Source: a virus
Length of the DNA stretch: 64,000 bases
Direction: 5' to 3' (one strand)
Virus record (IMG/VR): IMGVR_UViG_3300020048_000018
Location: 64,001 to 128,000 of that record
Position 1 is the first letter of the stretch, and each line of letters starts with the position of its first letter. Below the pieces are notes generated by a model that ran no database searches, was not told the origin of the DNA, and saw only the letters and a list, made by a program, of their open reading frames with translations. Shown here piece by piece: positions 36,464-45,359 of this stretch. A program made the translations under genes and the position numbers.

Positions 36464-37212
36464 TTCTTTTCCTCTTTATATGTAATTATTTTTGAAGTTG
36501 TTTTGCCAACAAGATACCAGCAGTAAAGGATGCAATAGAAGACAAGACTAATCCACCAATAAGTAGCTTGTTCTTTAAGATTAAAGATTTTATTTGTTTC
36601 TGGTCCTTGTCCACTGATTCCTGTAAGGTTGTTGAGGTCTCCTGTGATAGTGTCAACAAGTCGGATACTCCTTTCAATTCCGCTTCCAAGTTTGCTATTA
36701 TAAGCTTCAATTGACCTATTATATCCTGTAAGCTTGTCTGTTGAATCAAGGCTTGATCTAATTGCTTCTGAAGCTGTTGTATTTTCAACTCCGAGCTGTC
36801 CAGTAATTTCTTGGAGTTGGCTAAGGAAGACCTTGCTTTCAGTAAGAGTAATGTTAAGCTCTTTATTTCGTTCTGTGAGTTCTTCAACAGTACTTGTGAG
36901 AGTTCCAACTGTTTTGAGGCTTCCATCAAGTTCTGTTTTAGCAGAATCAAGTTGTCCACGGAGGGTTGAAACGAGTAGCTTTGAATCTGAATAGTTGTTG
37001 CTTGTGCTGATAATGGAAGTGATAAGAACAATGTTGAGAACAATAGATATGCCACAACCAATGTAAAATGCTTTCTTAATTTTATCATTAGAGATTTCCT
37101 TTATAGGGAGTATTTTTGAAAAGTTTTCTGCTGAAAAAGTTTCTTTTAATTTATCAAATGCTTCAGACTTTATCTTTTTTAGACCTGAGAAAAGTATTGC
37201 TCTTATATTCAT
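36460..37212 (-). CDS. TM-anchored coiled-coil protein (i-spanin/Rz-like candidate)
   Basis: AAAGGG RBS; cytoplasmic-type basic N-terminus, TM FYIGCGISIVLNIVLITSII, long heptad region. Confidence 0.6.
   Translation of the reverse strand: MNIRAILFSGLKKIKSEAFDKLKETFSAENFSKILPIKEISNDKIKKAFYIGCGISIVLNIVLITSIISTSNNYSDSKLLVSTLRGQLDSAKTELDGSLKTVGTLTSTVEELTERNKELNITLTESKVFLSQLQEITGQLGVENTTASEAIRSSLDSTDKLTGYNRSIEAYNSKLGSGIERSIRLVDTITGDLNNLTGISGQGPETNKIFNLKEQATYWWISLVFYCILYCWYLVGKTTSKIITYKEEKK
36486..37088 (-). CDS. Embedded out-of-frame coiled-coil protein with signal peptide and C-terminal TM
   Basis: Own AAAGGA RBS; MIKLRK + hydrophobic + AQA site; Leu/Gln heptads; C-terminal LLIGGLVLSSIASFTAGILLA. 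Confidence 0.6.
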   Translation of the reverse strand: MIKLRKHFTLVVAYLLFSTLFLSLPLSAQATTIQIQSYSFQPSVDNLILLKQNLMEASKQLELSQVLLKNSQNEIKSLTLLLLKARSSLANSKKLLDSSELKIQQLQKQLDQALIQQTSLQDIIGQLKLIIANLEAELKGVSDLLTLSQETSTTLQESVDKDQKQIKSLILKNKLLIGGLVLSSIASFTAGILLAKQLQK

Positions 37213-37337
37213 TTTTTACCCTTTCGCTTATGAATTAGTTGCAAGAAATTATTATTACTTTTTTTATAAATTTAATCAAAATTCCAAGTATCCCTGTTAA
37301 TATATCATATATAGACAATACGAATTAGGAGAAATTA

Positions 37338-37625
37338 ATGATCAGTGCTACCCTTCAAACAAACTTTGTAAAGGTTTTGAGTGACTTGAAACTATACAAT
37401 GAATCTCATGATGTTCTTGAGGTTGAATCAGATGACAACCTTATTGAAGTAACCCATAAAAATGGAAAGATTTTTACTTTTTATCTCGACCCTATCACAC
37501 AAGGTGGGTCAAAGGTTTCACAGCTAACTTACATCGACGATGAGGGAAAGAAATTTCTTGGATTTGTTCATGATGAAAATGATGAAAAAGATATCCGATC
37601 TGGAATTAAAAAAGTTTTCATGTAA
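37338..37625 (+). CDS. Hypothetical protein
   Basis: ORF track; AGGAG RBS; TGTTAATAT at 37295. Confidence 0.6.
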   Translation: MISATLQTNFVKVLSDLKLYNESHDVLEVESDDNLIEVTHKNGKIFTFYLDPITQGGSKVSQLTYIDDEGKKFLGFVHDENDEKDIRSGIKKVFM

Positions 37626-37641
37626 ACTAAAGTTTGTTTTG

Positions 37642-37669
37642 GCTCCTTGCTTCGGCAAGGGGCTTTTTT
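37642..37669 (+). terminator. Intrinsic terminator with C(UUCG)G loop
   Basis: GCTCCTTGC-TTCG-GCAAGGGGC-TTTTTT. Confidence 0.85.
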
Positions 37670-37764
37670 CATTTAAATACTTAATAGCTAAACTACCTAC
37701 TAATTCTACATAGGCTAAAAACCTAATCAAAATATACGAGGGTTAATTAAAGGTATAATAAATT

Positions 37765-39042
37765 ATGAATAGAATACAACTTCTCAGATCACAAACCAAG
37801 TCAAGCTTGCCTGAACTTAAATATGGTGAACTTGCCTATCTAAAAAACAAAGAACTTATTGTAGGAAATGGGGGAGATGGCGAAGACCTAGTTATTAATG
37901 ACTGGAAAAATATCATCAACAAACCTGTAGCTCTCCTTGAGTTAGCAAGTACAAGTCTAATAACCGAATCCCAACATTTCATGAGAATTACCAACGCCCA
38001 AGGATGTAGATGGGAGATAGTCTACAGAGACGAATCAAACTCAAATGTTAGATTCGATACAATCATGTCCGTACTTGGCTCAAATGAAACCATTAAATGG
38101 ACAGAAACCTCAACCGGATCTATTGGAGACACCTCAGGGATATCCCCCATGTTTACCGTTGTAGATAGAGATATTATCTTGAGTTTTGAAGTTACCTCAG
38201 GAGTTTGGAATGTATCAGTTAATCCAAGCCCCTTATCTTTTAATAATTCAACAGTAATCGTACAACTTCTTGAAGACGCTGTTTCAAATGGTGGGTATAG
38301 TTTTACTCCACCCTCATATGCTCAAGTTGGTTTTAGAATTGACCTCAATGCTACCCTAATTACAAACCCAATACCCGGAACCTACTCAGGAGTCTCCTTC
38401 ACAAATCCTATCTCACTTAATACCTATGGAAATTATATTTTTAATGACTGTGATTTTCCTCTTGGATTTGAAAACATTTCCGGTGGTGCAGGAGTATCAA
38501 GAACAGTAGAATTAAATCACTGTAGAGTTAGTTCCTCAGGTTTATTTTTTGAGGATGGTGGTCAAAAAGATTGGAAAGTTACTTGGAGTTATATTTCAAG
38601 CGATAGAGAACAAGCCTTTAGTGCAACAGGTGTATTAGGTATAACTGATTATACTTCACCAACCCCTTGTATAGTAGAAGACTGTATTATTGAACTACAT
38701 AATTTAGGTACTCCTGAAATAGAAGTAGAAGCCTATATCTCAAGCGGGGGTAATGGACTCACTTTCAAGAGAGTTCGATTTATTACTCAAGGACCAAAAG
38801 TTGATGGAATAACTGGTCAATTTGCTGTTATCGCACACTCAGGAAATAACGCACTGTTCGATACCTGTGAGTTCCTTACAGAAAACTGTGCTGACTATAC
38901 TGTATTCTCAGATGGAACTAATGTACTGTTTAAGGATTGTAAGTTTGCAAAGGGTAAACTCGGATACTATGACACTCTGTACCCAGTAGATGAGACATAC
39001 TTAAGATGTGTAGATATAACTTCTGGTGAATCAATACACTAA
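37765..39042 (+). CDS. Putative tail fibre/spike protein with beta-helix-like C-terminus
   Basis: N-terminus RIQLLRS...PELKYGELAY resembles tail-fibre attachment motif; C-terminal pectin-lyase-like strands (FNDCDF, VEDCII, FKRVRF, FDTCEF, FKDCKF). Confidence 0.6.
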   Translation: MNRIQLLRSQTKSSLPELKYGELAYLKNKELIVGNGGDGEDLVINDWKNIINKPVALLELASTSLITESQHFMRITNAQGCRWEIVYRDESNSNVRFDTIMSVLGSNETIKWTETSTGSIGDTSGISPMFTVVDRDIILSFEVTSGVWNVSVNPSPLSFNNSTVIVQLLEDAVSNGGYSFTPPSYAQVGFRIDLNATLITNPIPGTYSGVSFTNPISLNTYGNYIFNDCDFPLGFENISGGAGVSRTVELNHCRVSSSGLFFEDGGQKDWKVTWSYISSDREQAFSATGVLGITDYTSPTPCIVEDCIIELHNLGTPEIEVEAYISSGGNGLTFKRVRFITQGPKVDGITGQFAVIAHSGNNALFDTCEFLTENCADYTVFSDGTNVLFKDCKFAKGKLGYYDTLYPVDETYLRCVDITSGESIH

Positions 39043-39067
39043 TTAGATAATATAAAGGAAGATACAA

Positions 39068-40918
39068 ATGAGTGAACTACTGAACAAAATAAATTACTTG
39101 ACTGAAACGAAAAACCTGATGAAAGCAAAATTAGGTACAACCTCTGACATCTTGAGAGACTATGTTCCTCTCATGAAATATGATGACGGAACAGCTCCAA
39201 AAGAATGGAGCGAAGCTGATTGGTTAGATGTTTATAATAGTTACCAAAGACCTGCTGATTGGTTAACAATTCCTACAATTTTGGAATCTGAACAAAAAGT
39301 AATTGGTCTCTATCCAGTTTACGACCATGACTCAAATTTCGTTGCAGTTACAATCTCAGGAAATTATTCCGTAGACTGGGGTGATGGAGTTACAGAAAAC
39401 TTCGTAGCAGGTGTGAAAGCTGAACATAGTTATGACTATGCAACTTGTGGAAATCTTTCTACATTAGGCTACAAGCAGGTATTAATTACGATTACTCCTC
39501 AAGCAACTTTTAATTTGACCTCAGTAAACTTAGGGGTTTTTCATACTTCAGCACCAAATAGCCCCAATTCATTTTTAGACATTTCTGGGAATGGAAGTTT
39601 AATTACTCTCTTTAATGTTCAAAACTTACCTATATTAAACTCTTTTAGTTTAGGATTAAATAATATTACAAACTTTTCTTATTTGTTTTATGGTTGTCCT
39701 TCTTTACAAACTATCCCACTTCTAAATACAAGTTTAGGTACAAACTTTCAATCTATGTTTTATACTTGTCTTGCACTACAAACTATTCCACTTTTTGATA
39801 CAAGTAAAGGTACAAACTTTTCTCAGATATTTAGTAATTGTACTGCCTTGCAAACGATTCCACTTCTTAATACAAGTTTAGGTACTGACTTTTCTGGTAT
39901 GTTTATTAATTGTACTTCCTTAAAAACAATTCCACTTCTCGATACAAGTAATGGTACAAACTTTTCTGCTATGTTTCAGAATTGTTATTCCTTACAAACG
40001 ATTCCCCTTCTTGATACAAGTTTAGGTACAACCTTTTCTCAGATGTTTAATATGTGTAAGTCATTACAAACGATTCCACTTATTGATACAAGTTTAGGTA
40101 CAAATTTTTCTATTATGTTTACTAGTTGTTATTCCTTACAAACGATTCCACTTCTCGATACAAGTTTAGGTACAAACTTTACTTCTATGTTTAGTAGTTG
40201 TACTTCCTTACAAACGATTCCTCTTCTTGATACAAGTTCAGGTACAAACTTTACTTATATGTTTAGTGGTTGTTCTTCATTACAAATTATCCCACTTCTC
40301 AATACAAGTTTAGGTACAGGACTTGGGGCTATGTTTAGTGATTGTACTTCCTTACAAACGATTCCGATTCTTGATACAAGTAAATGTACAAACTTTACTT
40401 CTATGTTTCAATCTTGTAAATCATTACAAACTATTCCACTTCTTGATACAAGTTTAAGTTCAAACTTTTCTTCTATGTTTTATGATTGTCCTTCCTTACA
40501 AACGATTCCACTTATTGATATAAGTTTAGGTACAGACTTCTCTTATATGTTTTATAATTGTAAATCCTTACAAAGTATTCCACTTCTCAATACAAATTTA
40601 GGTACAAACTTTAATTCTATGTTTAATGGTTGTCCTTCCTTACAAAGGATTCCACTTCTCGATACAAGTAAGGGTACGAGCTTTACGGCTATGTTTCAAG
40701 GTAGTTCTTCATTAGGGAAAGCAACTTTACTAAACACGAAAACAACAATTTCATTTGAAAGTTGTAAGTTGAGTAAATCCGCTCTTGTTGATATTTTTAA
40801 TAATTTAGCAACAGTGACTGGTCAGACTATTACTATTACAGGAAATTACGGTGCATCTTTATTAACCGCAGAGGATAGATTAATTGCAACAAATAAAGGT
40901 TGGACAATAGTTGGATAA
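39068..40918 (+). CDS. LRR (BspA/DUF285-like) repeat protein, probable receptor-binding or tail protein
   Basis: PKD-like VDWGDG module; 24-aa repeats; N-terminus similar to 34436..36463 protein. Confidence 0.85.
   Translation: MSELLNKINYLTETKNLMKAKLGTTSDILRDYVPLMKYDDGTAPKEWSEADWLDVYNSYQRPADWLTIPTILESEQKVIGLYPVYDHDSNFVAVTISGNYSVDWGDGVTENFVAGVKAEHSYDYATCGNLSTLGYKQVLITITPQATFNLTSVNLGVFHTSAPNSPNSFLDISGNGSLITLFNVQNLPILNSFSLGLNNITNFSYLFYGCPSLQTIPLLNTSLGTNFQSMFYTCLALQTIPLFDTSKGTNFSQIFSNCTALQTIPLLNTSLGTDFSGMFINCTSLKTIPLLDTSNGTNFSAMFQNCYSLQTIPLLDTSLGTTFSQMFNMCKSLQTIPLIDTSLGTNFSIMFTSCYSLQTIPLLDTSLGTNFTSMFSSCTSLQTIPLLDTSSGTNFTYMFSGCSSLQIIPLLNTSLGTGLGAMFSDCTSLQTIPILDTSKCTNFTSMFQSCKSLQTIPLLDTSLSSNFSSMFYDCPSLQTIPLIDISLGTDFSYMFYNCKSLQSIPLLNTNLGTNFNSMFNGCPSLQRIPLLDTSKGTSFTAMFQGSSSLGKATLLNTKTTISFESCKLSKSALVDIFNNLATVTGQTITITGNYGASLLTAEDRLIATNKGWTIVG
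39662..40720 (+). repeat. Coding tandem repeat, 72-bp unit, 14 full copies plus one partial
   Basis: Unit (L/K)GTNFSxMFxxCxSLQTIPLLDTS; DNA core ACAAACGATTCCACTTCTTGATACAAGTTTAGGTACAAACTTT. Confidence 0.9.
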
Positions 40919-40986
40919 ATATTAAAAAGTAACTACTAATTTAGACAGGAAAGAGTGAACTCTTACCTAAAAATAAGGAGCCAAAC

Positions 40987-42381
40987 ATGGCAGCAATTTC
41001 AAAGAAAGCGAACGATTTTCTAACATCAGGTATCGCATTTAGATCGGGAGTAAACGGCGTAAATGCCAATGGTAGAATTATTTCTTCTGTTGGTGATCCT
41101 AACGGACAGACTATTGTACCTACTCCTAGTGCGGGTACGGTTTGTATAGATGCAAACACTGGTGCAATGTACCAGTATGTATCTGGTACTTCATGGAATA
41201 CCTTCACAGTTGGTGGAACGGTAACAACCCTAGACTTTAAGAACTCAGTAAGAGTAGCTTCAACTGCCAACGTTGCAACCCCTCTTACTACTGCACCTAA
41301 CACGTTGGACGGGATTTCTCTTATACAAGGGGATCGTGTTCTCTTAAAGAATCAGACACTTGGTCAAGACAATGGTATCTATGTTGTTACAACTTTAGGT
41401 ACTGGTGCCAATGGTGTATGGACTAGAGCATTAGACGCAGATTCTTCTGCTGAGTTTAATACTGGAGCATTTATTCCTGTTGAAGAAGGAACCGTAAATG
41501 CAAGTTCATTCTGGCTCTTAACTACTGTAGCCCCAATCGTTCTCGGTACTACTCCAATTGTATTCAAGAACTTTGGTACGTATGTTGCAGGTAATGGTAT
41601 TACCCTTACAGGTAATTCAATCTCTGTTACAGCTCAAGCCGCTAACGCTGTTCAAGTTACGGGATCTGGTGTTGGTTTAGTTCTTCCTGCCGTGTCGGGT
41701 TTAGCTCAATCAGCTTCTGGACTTAACGTTGTTGTTGACCCTACAACTCCAACTTTATCAATGACTGCAACTGGTCTTAAAGTACTTATTCCTACTGCAT
41801 TAACAAGTGGTTTGACTGCTACTGCCGCAGGTCTTGTGGTAGAACTTGATGAAACAACTGGTGCATTAGCTCACAGTGCTTCAGGTCTTAAAGTTGTAAC
41901 CCCTGCTGTTGAAACAAGTGGTTTAACAATCTCTGGAACCGGTATCGCAGTTACTCTTGACCCTTCGTCAGGTCTTGTACATAGTGCAACGGGTATTAAA
42001 GCTGTTGTTGATACAACCAATGGTTCTACTGCACTTGTTGGTAATGCTATTGTAGTACCGGGTCTTTCAAGAAAAACAATTGCTTCCTCAACTGCTTCTC
42101 AAATTGTGGATACTATCCCTCTTGCATCTTTCACAGGTGCTAAATGGTTAGTAAATATTAAAAATGCAACTGGTGCAAGATATCTTACTGAAATCCTCAG
42201 TGTAGGGGCAGGTCTAGGACTTGTTGATTCAACTGAGTATGGTACAGTTGTTCTCTCTGGTGCAACACCTTTTGTTGCTAATCCCGTTCTTACTGTAACC
42301 GCAGATGCAACTAATATGATTCTCACGTATACTGGTGACGCTTCAGTCGCTATCAATGTTGAAAGAACTGCATTAGCTTAA
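40987..42381 (+). CDS. Putative tail fibre / virion structural protein
   Basis: KNSVRVASTAN...DG..L..GDRVLLKNQT...NGIYVV...WTRA.DAD...VEEGT module typical of phage tail proteins; Thr/Gly/Ala/Val-rich shaft. Confidence 0.75.
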   Translation: MAAISKKANDFLTSGIAFRSGVNGVNANGRIISSVGDPNGQTIVPTPSAGTVCIDANTGAMYQYVSGTSWNTFTVGGTVTTLDFKNSVRVASTANVATPLTTAPNTLDGISLIQGDRVLLKNQTLGQDNGIYVVTTLGTGANGVWTRALDADSSAEFNTGAFIPVEEGTVNASSFWLLTTVAPIVLGTTPIVFKNFGTYVAGNGITLTGNSISVTAQAANAVQVTGSGVGLVLPAVSGLAQSASGLNVVVDPTTPTLSMTATGLKVLIPTALTSGLTATAAGLVVELDETTGALAHSASGLKVVTPAVETSGLTISGTGIAVTLDPSSGLVHSATGIKAVVDTTNGSTALVGNAIVVPGLSRKTIASSTASQIVDTIPLASFTGAKWLVNIKNATGARYLTEILSVGAGLGLVDSTEYGTVVLSGATPFVANPVLTVTADATNMILTYTGDASVAINVERTALA

Positions 42382-42400
42382 CAGTTTAAGTTTTTAATGG

Positions 42401-42429
42401 AGGGATACTCAAAAAGAGTATCCCTTTTT
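42401..42429 (+). terminator. Intrinsic terminator
   Basis: AGGGATACTC-AAAAA-GAGTATCCCT then T run. Confidence 0.85.
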
Positions 42430-42464
42430 AATTAAGCACTAATTAAATATAGAGGTTTATTAAA

Positions 42465-43298
42465 ATGAGTTCCAATTTAGATTTTACAGTTAAGGGTCTT
42501 GGGATTAAAACAGGTCCCTCGGGATTAAACACCTCTGGTAGAATTATATCTTCGATAGGAAACCCAAATGGTCAAACAACTCTCCAGTCACCTGATGTAG
42601 GGACACTATGTATAGATTCAACTACTGGGGATGTATATAAGTTTGTCTCTGGTACAATTTGGAATCCCTATGTTAGTAGAGCTTATTTTGAATCTGTTTT
42701 AGGTACTAATCCTCAAGGAGGTGCCTCAACAGTACAAGAAAGGTTAACAACTATTTCAAACTTTGCTTCACCAAATGCCGGTGGATATATTTCAGGAAAT
42801 TATTATGACAATAGTTTTCATGGATTAACAAGTGGGACTAGAAGAAGGGGTTCTAATAATACTTTAGAGCTTTCACCTTTTTTTACAAATATTTTTTTAA
42901 CAATAGATCAACTAGGTGTAGCGGTTTCAACTTCAAATGGTACAGGAACTGTTTCAATTTATACCTCTGGAAATGATGGATGGCCCTCAGAAAAAGTATT
43001 TGAGACTCCAACAATAAATATGGGTTCTACTGGATACGCTGGAGCTACAGTAAGTTTCACATTCTTGCCGGGTGTATTATACTGGTTTGGAACATTTACT
43101 ACAACTAGACCAACATTAAGAGCAGTTAATCTAGGAAGTTCAGTAAACTTAGGGTTAGCAAGTAATAATGGGACAGGAACAAACTCAATAATATCTCTTA
43201 CAGAACAAAGCACTCCAACCCCTACAACCTTACCAGTTATTATTGATAGTATGTTACTTTCCCTTACCCCAATATCTGTAAGATTTAGAGCTGTTTAA
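42465..43298 (+). CDS. Putative tail protein sharing N-terminal module with 40987..42381
   Basis: RIISSIGNPNGQT...P..GTLCID..TG..Y..VSGT.WN versus RIISSVGDPNGQT...P..GTVCID..TG..Y..VSGT.WN. Confidence 0.7.
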   Translation: MSSNLDFTVKGLGIKTGPSGLNTSGRIISSIGNPNGQTTLQSPDVGTLCIDSTTGDVYKFVSGTIWNPYVSRAYFESVLGTNPQGGASTVQERLTTISNFASPNAGGYISGNYYDNSFHGLTSGTRRRGSNNTLELSPFFTNIFLTIDQLGVAVSTSNGTGTVSIYTSGNDGWPSEKVFETPTINMGSTGYAGATVSFTFLPGVLYWFGTFTTTRPTLRAVNLGSSVNLGLASNNGTGTNSIISLTEQSTPTPTTLPVIIDSMLLSLTPISVRFRAV

Positions 43299-43308
43299 GG
43301 AGATTATA

Positions 43309-43743
43309 ATGAGAAGTACAATTAATAATAATGGAATAGAGGAAGTCGAGTTTTCAGGAGACTTAGTACAAAACAGAGCGGAAGCTTTTTTAATTGTAAA
43401 AGAGAATTTTGAACATATAGCAAAAACAAATACTTTTATAACTTCTTTAGGTTTTGAGGCAGACAATAGATGGATAGATAAAAATGATATTGATAATGCT
43501 ACCTGTTGTATTGAAGCATGGTTTGAGGGTCAAGAAATCGCCTATTTTAGGGATACACAAAATGAGACTCACGTAATTAATTTAGAGCAATTAAAACTTT
43601 TGAAAAAAGAAGCACAACAAAATAGACTTTTAAAACTTTCAACAAAATGGAAAAGAGAATATTTTATCGAACTTGCAACCAGCTTAGAACAGGTGTGGAA
43701 TTTAGTAGATGCTTCTGAGGAGTATATTCAGTCAATTGTCTAA
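43309..43743 (+). CDS. Possible tail-fibre assembly chaperone-like protein (DUF4376-like)
   Basis: Follows fibre genes; FRDTQNETHVINLEQLK.L...KW.RE..I..A..LEQV pattern. Confidence 0.55.
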   Translation: MRSTINNNGIEEVEFSGDLVQNRAEAFLIVKENFEHIAKTNTFITSLGFEADNRWIDKNDIDNATCCIEAWFEGQEIAYFRDTQNETHVINLEQLKLLKKEAQQNRLLKLSTKWKREYFIELATSLEQVWNLVDASEEYIQSIV

Positions 43744-43770
43744 AAAAAGAGGTCTTAAAGACCTCTTTTT
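43743..43770. terminator. Bidirectional intrinsic terminator
   Basis: AAAAAGAGGTCT-TAA-AGACCTCTTTTT between convergent genes. Confidence 0.85.
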
Positions 43771-43773
43771 AAT

Positions 43774-44625
43774 TTAAGAAAACTTAATTGCAAAATAAAA
43801 TATTATACTAAAAACAGAAAGTACAGAAATACCAACTATCAAGGGGACTCTCATTATCCAAATCCATTTTTTTATTTTTGTACTTAGATAATTTCTTTCT
43901 TTATAAAGTTTTGCACTATCTCCATCTACTGCACTCCAAGCCTCTTTAATAAACTTAAAGTCTTCATAAGGAAGAATAGTATAGCCCTTGTTTGCCCAAG
44001 AAGTGCCCCAGCTATTCCTTACAATAAATCCTAATTCATCATATCCTACAATTGTCATTGCATGTTTACCTACCTTTATGTCTTCTACTCTTTCTTTTTT
44101 CCAAAGAGAAGATCCATAATTGTATACATCAACAACTATCATGCAAGGTCCATAGGCAATTAAAGCTTTTTTCATACCATCAATTGTTTTAACCTTTGCA
44201 TAGCTTTTTATTGCGAAAGGAAGCGAGTTTTTAATTAATTCTGAGGAAGGGATACTGATAAGCTTTTCGTTATCAACATAAGGAAACTCCTTTTCCAGAG
44301 AAATTCCTTTTGTGTATAAAATTGACATAGCATCTCTTGGATACATACCACTAAAAGGTTTAGTCATTCGTTGGGAATATACATATAAGGGGCTAGTGTA
44401 TCCTTCAATTTTAGAATCAATCTTCTCTTGATAATCTTTTATTGTGGAAACCGTCATAGCAACACAAGAGCCTAGAGTGCCTTGATTTCTGACAGGAAAA
44501 AGTTTATCTACCAATGAAAAAGTTTCTGGTAGATTTGAAGAAAATGCAATTGACTTGAAAACTTTTTCAATTTTCCAATCACGCAAATCAAATTTAGACT
44601 TTAAAGAACCTAAATAAAAATCCAT
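43774..44625 (-). CDS. Papain-family (C1) cysteine peptidase with C-terminal TM anchor
   Basis: VRNQGTLGSCVA (Gln, Cys), KHAMTIVGY (His), VRNSWGTSW (Asn); C-terminal hydrophobic helix. Confidence 0.88.
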   Translation of the reverse strand: MDFYLGSLKSKFDLRDWKIEKVFKSIAFSSNLPETFSLVDKLFPVRNQGTLGSCVAMTVSTIKDYQEKIDSKIEGYTSPLYVYSQRMTKPFSGMYPRDAMSILYTKGISLEKEFPYVDNEKLISIPSSELIKNSLPFAIKSYAKVKTIDGMKKALIAYGPCMIVVDVYNYGSSLWKKERVEDIKVGKHAMTIVGYDELGFIVRNSWGTSWANKGYTILPYEDFKFIKEAWSAVDGDSAKLYKERNYLSTKIKKWIWIMRVPLIVGISVLSVFSIIFYFAIKFS

Positions 44626-44631
44626 AATAAA

Positions 44632-45279
44632 TTACTCCTTATCCCCAAAAATAGATTCACCTTTAACAAGCCAAGATGTACCAAAAGCATATAACATAAT
44701 AAACTCAATGATTAAAATAATAACATTGTCCTGCATTTCTACTCTACTTATTATCAAAGTCATAACAGATAAAATAATAAAACCAACAGCCATAATTAGA
44801 CCACAAGAAATATAAATTAAGTTTCTAAGTTTCTTTTTATCTGTCATGGTCTCTTTATTTCCTGTCCTTGTGAATAAAAAAATACAATTATAAGATAAAA
44901 GTAAAAAGAAGGTAGTAGCAAAGAACAGATGAATCCAACCCGAAATGAAAGGAGGTAATTGAAATACTCCTATAGGTAAAACTCCGTCATTAACCGTAGA
45001 TGCAGGAACAAGAGCAATAATTATTCCAGATATTCCAATTAGGGTTGTAATTATGTTATCCAATTTTGAGTATCCAAAATAAGTTATACAAAACAGACTT
45101 ATACCAAATAAAATTCCTACAAACACATCTTGCATATTAGTATAATAATATGCGCTTATATTTGGTTGTATACCATGTTTACTTAATATTCCCCCTATCA
45201 AACATGACAAAGGCAATAAAAAAGCTAAAAACCCTATCAACCTTCTTAAGCTTCTATACGAGATAATAATTGAATCCAT
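44632..45279 (-). CDS. Polytopic membrane protein, DUF998-like
   Basis: LRRLIG.L...LP, ISAYYYT...DVFVG.L, HL.FA..FF, E......FG.SWLVKG. Confidence 0.65.
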   Translation of the reverse strand: MDSIIISYRSLRRLIGFLAFLLPLSCLIGGILSKHGIQPNISAYYYTNMQDVFVGILFGISLFCITYFGYSKLDNIITTLIGISGIIIALVPASTVNDGVLPIGVFQLPPFISGWIHLFFATTFFLLLSYNCIFLFTRTGNKETMTDKKKLRNLIYISCGLIMAVGFIILSVMTLIISRVEMQDNVIILIIEFIMLYAFGTSWLVKGESIFGDKE

Positions 45280-45359
45280 TTAATAACTCCTTCTGAATTA
45301 GTTGGTTTTTAAATCTATTTTTAAAAAAGCAACTAATTTTTCAGAGAAGGATTTTAAAA

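Noticed and set aside
39662-40720. Regular 72-bp repeats as a CRISPR array
   Set aside because: The units are contiguous, in frame and encode an LRR; there are no unique spacers and no cas genes.
34436-40918. Diversity-generating retroelement acting on the LRR genes
   Set aside because: No reverse transcriptase or non-coding template repeat in the window. Variable codons include CAG, CAA, ATG and AAG, and an NNT bias is expected anyway in an AT-rich genome. It cannot be excluded genome-wide.
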